NCBI RefSeq assembly: GCF_000039765.1
Contig: NC_004459.3
Location: forward strand, 3,136,104 to 3,168,103
Direction of reading: 5' to 3'
DNA: 32,000 nucleotides
DNA from: Vibrio vulnificus CMCP6
GTDB taxonomy: Bacteria > Pseudomonadota > Gammaproteobacteria > Enterobacterales > Vibrionaceae
Shown: piece by piece, positions 31,111-32,000 of the stretch
Numbering within the stretch: the stretch's first letter is position 1
How the letters are laid out: every line of letters begins with the position of its first letter
Notes under the pieces: generated by a model
The model's database searches: none
Told to the model about the DNA's origin: nothing
What the model saw: the letters and a program-made list of their open reading frames with translations, nothing else
Position numbers and translations under genes: made by a program

Positions 31111-31746
31111 ATGTTAAACGCAATACGAAAGAACGGTTTAACACTAGCAATATTTGCCTGTGCTACCACAGGGCTAGTGGCCATGACGCAATATTTAACT
31201 AAGGACCAAATCACACTTCAGGAGCAAAAGCAGCTCTCTTCGATCCTTAATCAAGTCATCCCGCAAAGCGCACATGACAACTTATTGTTTGAATCTTGTA
31301 CATTGGTGAGCGATTCCGCGCTAGGCTCCGATAAGGCGATGCCAGCCTATATTGCTACACGTAATGGCCAAGCCACCGCCATTGCTATTGAGTCCGTAGC
31401 ACCAGATGGCTACAACGGTGCCATTAAGATCATTACGGGTATCGATACCAGCGGTACCGTGCTTGGCACGCGCGTACTTAGCCATCAAGAAACTCCAGGG
31501 TTAGGCGACAAGATCGACCTTAGAGTGACAGATTGGATCACCAGTTTCACCGGAAAACAGTTAAACGATGGCAACTATAACAGTTGGAAAGTGCGTAAAG
31601 ATGGTGGAGAATTTGACCAGTTTACCGGCGCGACCATTACACCTCGTGCGGTTGTTAAAGCGGTGCGCAACACCGTTGAGTTCGTCAATACCCATCGTGA
31701 ACAGATTCTGAATCAACCACTTAACTGTGGAGGCCACTATGAGTGA
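31111..31746 (+). CDS. rsxG: Electron transport complex subunit RsxG/RnfG
   Basis: FMN attachment region [18 protein letters not shown]; [14 protein letters not shown]; operon position. Confidence 0.95.
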
Positions 31747-32000
31747 GCATAAAAAATTACTTAAAAATGGCATGTGGGACAACAACCCTGCACTGGTCCA
31801 GCTACTTGGTCTGTGTCCGCTACTGGCGGTATCGTCAACCGTCACCAACGCACTTGGTCTCGGCATAGCAACATTATTGGTTCTCGTTGGCTCCAACGTC
31901 ACTGTTTCTCTGATTCGTAACTACGTACCAAAAGAAATTCGTATTCCGGTATTCGTTATGATCATTGCCTCACTGGTCACGTGCGTTCAATTACTGATGA
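31739..32000 (+). CDS. rsxE: Electron transport complex subunit RsxE/RnfE (truncated by window end)
   Basis: ATG at 31739 overlapping rsxG end; [42 protein letters not shown]. Confidence 0.94.

Noticed and set aside
1-32000. Novel defence, toxin-antitoxin or secondary-metabolite system
   Set aside because: Nearly every sizeable non-overlapping ORF fits a known housekeeping or transport family; no accessory cluster, transposase, integrase or biased-composition block was found.

Overview
This looks like an ordinary core-chromosome segment of a Vibrionaceae genome. No prophage, transposon, CRISPR array or defence island is visible. Contents in order: trp operon (trpE 3' end, trpG, trpD, fused trpCF, trpB, trpA); a DAACS-family symporter; a small GemA/DUF1018-like ORF; yciB, yciA, yciI and a lipoprotein; a glutathionyl-hydroquinone reductase (yqjG-like); oppABCDF on the minus strand; moaABCDE on the minus strand; yvcK; luxO-luxU on the minus strand; a qrr1-type quorum-sensing sRNA; uvrB on the minus strand; tRNA-Asn(GTT); rsxA, B, C, D, G and the start of rsxE. 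The strongest non-coding signal is the luxO/qrr1 intergenic region. It has a LuxO-box-like sequence, a sigma54 -24/-12 promoter, a roughly 94-nt three-hairpin sRNA with a U-tract terminator, and bipartite complementarity between the sRNA core and the luxO ribosome-binding region. This matches an established Vibrio circuit and is not a new system. Other items worth checking are a structured leader upstream of moaA, a 117-bp in-frame repeat array in rsxC, a T2SS-pilotin-like lipoprotein, an orphan GemA-like protein, and a hairpin directly downstream of an extended -10 promoter before yciA. Family assignments come from recognising motifs by eye, with no database search.
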